Below are positions 63,912 to 64,000 of a stretch of 64,000 bases of DNA, one piece after another; position 1 is the first letter of the stretch; the number at the start of each line of letters is the position of its first letter. The notes beneath the pieces were generated by a model that was not told the origin of the DNA, searched no databases, and saw only the letters and a program-made list of their open reading frames with translations. The DNA is taken from contig DAOSES010000007.1 of assembly GCA_035363255.1 (NCBI GenBank), positions 2,723-66,722 of the forward strand, written 5' to 3'. A program made the translations under genes and the position numbers. This DNA is from Caldisericia bacterium. Its GTDB lineage: Bacteria; Caldisericota; Caldisericia; UBA6126.

Positions 63912-64000
63912 CTATTTAGCAGGAAGACTCAATCGTTGTATAGTAACCACTTGATCTTTGGCATCCCATTCCACCAGAGATCCAAAAGCCTCTGCAATAA
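63912..64000 (-). CDS. 3' end of a gene encoding a CuAO-N-type repeat (partial, runs off the window)
   Basis: Minus-strand translation ...IAEAFGSLVEWDAKDQVVTIQRLSLPAK-stop matches the FxAEAFGxxVxWD repeat seen in four other proteins here. Confidence 0.5.
   Translation of the reverse strand, partial: IAEAFGSLVEWDAKDQVVTIQRLSLPAK

Noticed and set aside
1-64000. Looked for CRISPR arrays, tRNA/rRNA genes, transposases, integrases, prophage genes and classical defence systems.
   Set aside because: I saw no spaced direct-repeat arrays and no intergenic region long enough or structured like a tRNA or rRNA. No ORF carries recombinase, transposase or known defence-nuclease motifs.

Overview
Low-GC bacterial chromosomal segment. 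I saw no rRNA, tRNA, CRISPR array, transposase or integrase. All functional calls come from motif recognition in the supplied ORF translations and from reading the DNA; no database search was run.

Core genes show Firmicutes/Clostridia-like synteny: tmk-darA-holB, efp, nusB-ispA-dxs-nadK-recN-hflX-mtnA, pyrBI, gltX and two tandem class A PBPs. The organism cannot be named from this window.

Four accessory blocks are interleaved with the core genes:

1. 1-6.2 kb: a WapA-like RHS/YD-repeat polymorphic toxin. Its AT-richer, Cys-rich, hydrophobic C-terminal tip lacks a recognisable DPxGL-type core end. A 4-TM immunity-like protein follows it, and two translationally coupled paralogues of that protein precede it. 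A promoter module is duplicated in front of both units. An (AG)9 tract puts the only well-placed SD-ATG out of frame with the RHS ORF, making it a candidate slipped-strand switch.
2. 6.2-8.9 kb: a TPP riboswitch in front of a thiXYZ-type ABC importer.
3. 8.9-14.8 kb: seven co-directional genes combining CcdA, four CxxC/thioredoxin-fold proteins, a DUF318-type permease and a Zn/Cd/Pb-type P1B ATPase. No regulator is visible.
4. 21-28 kb and 46-64 kb: very large secreted proteins, comprising three S8 proteases, an NHL propeller, a PQQ-like double propeller and a SpoIID-domain protein. Each carries either copper-amine-oxidase-N-type (CuAO-N) repeats or a cohesin-like plus dockerin tandem. This suggests a non-cellulolytic cohesin-dockerin surface assembly.
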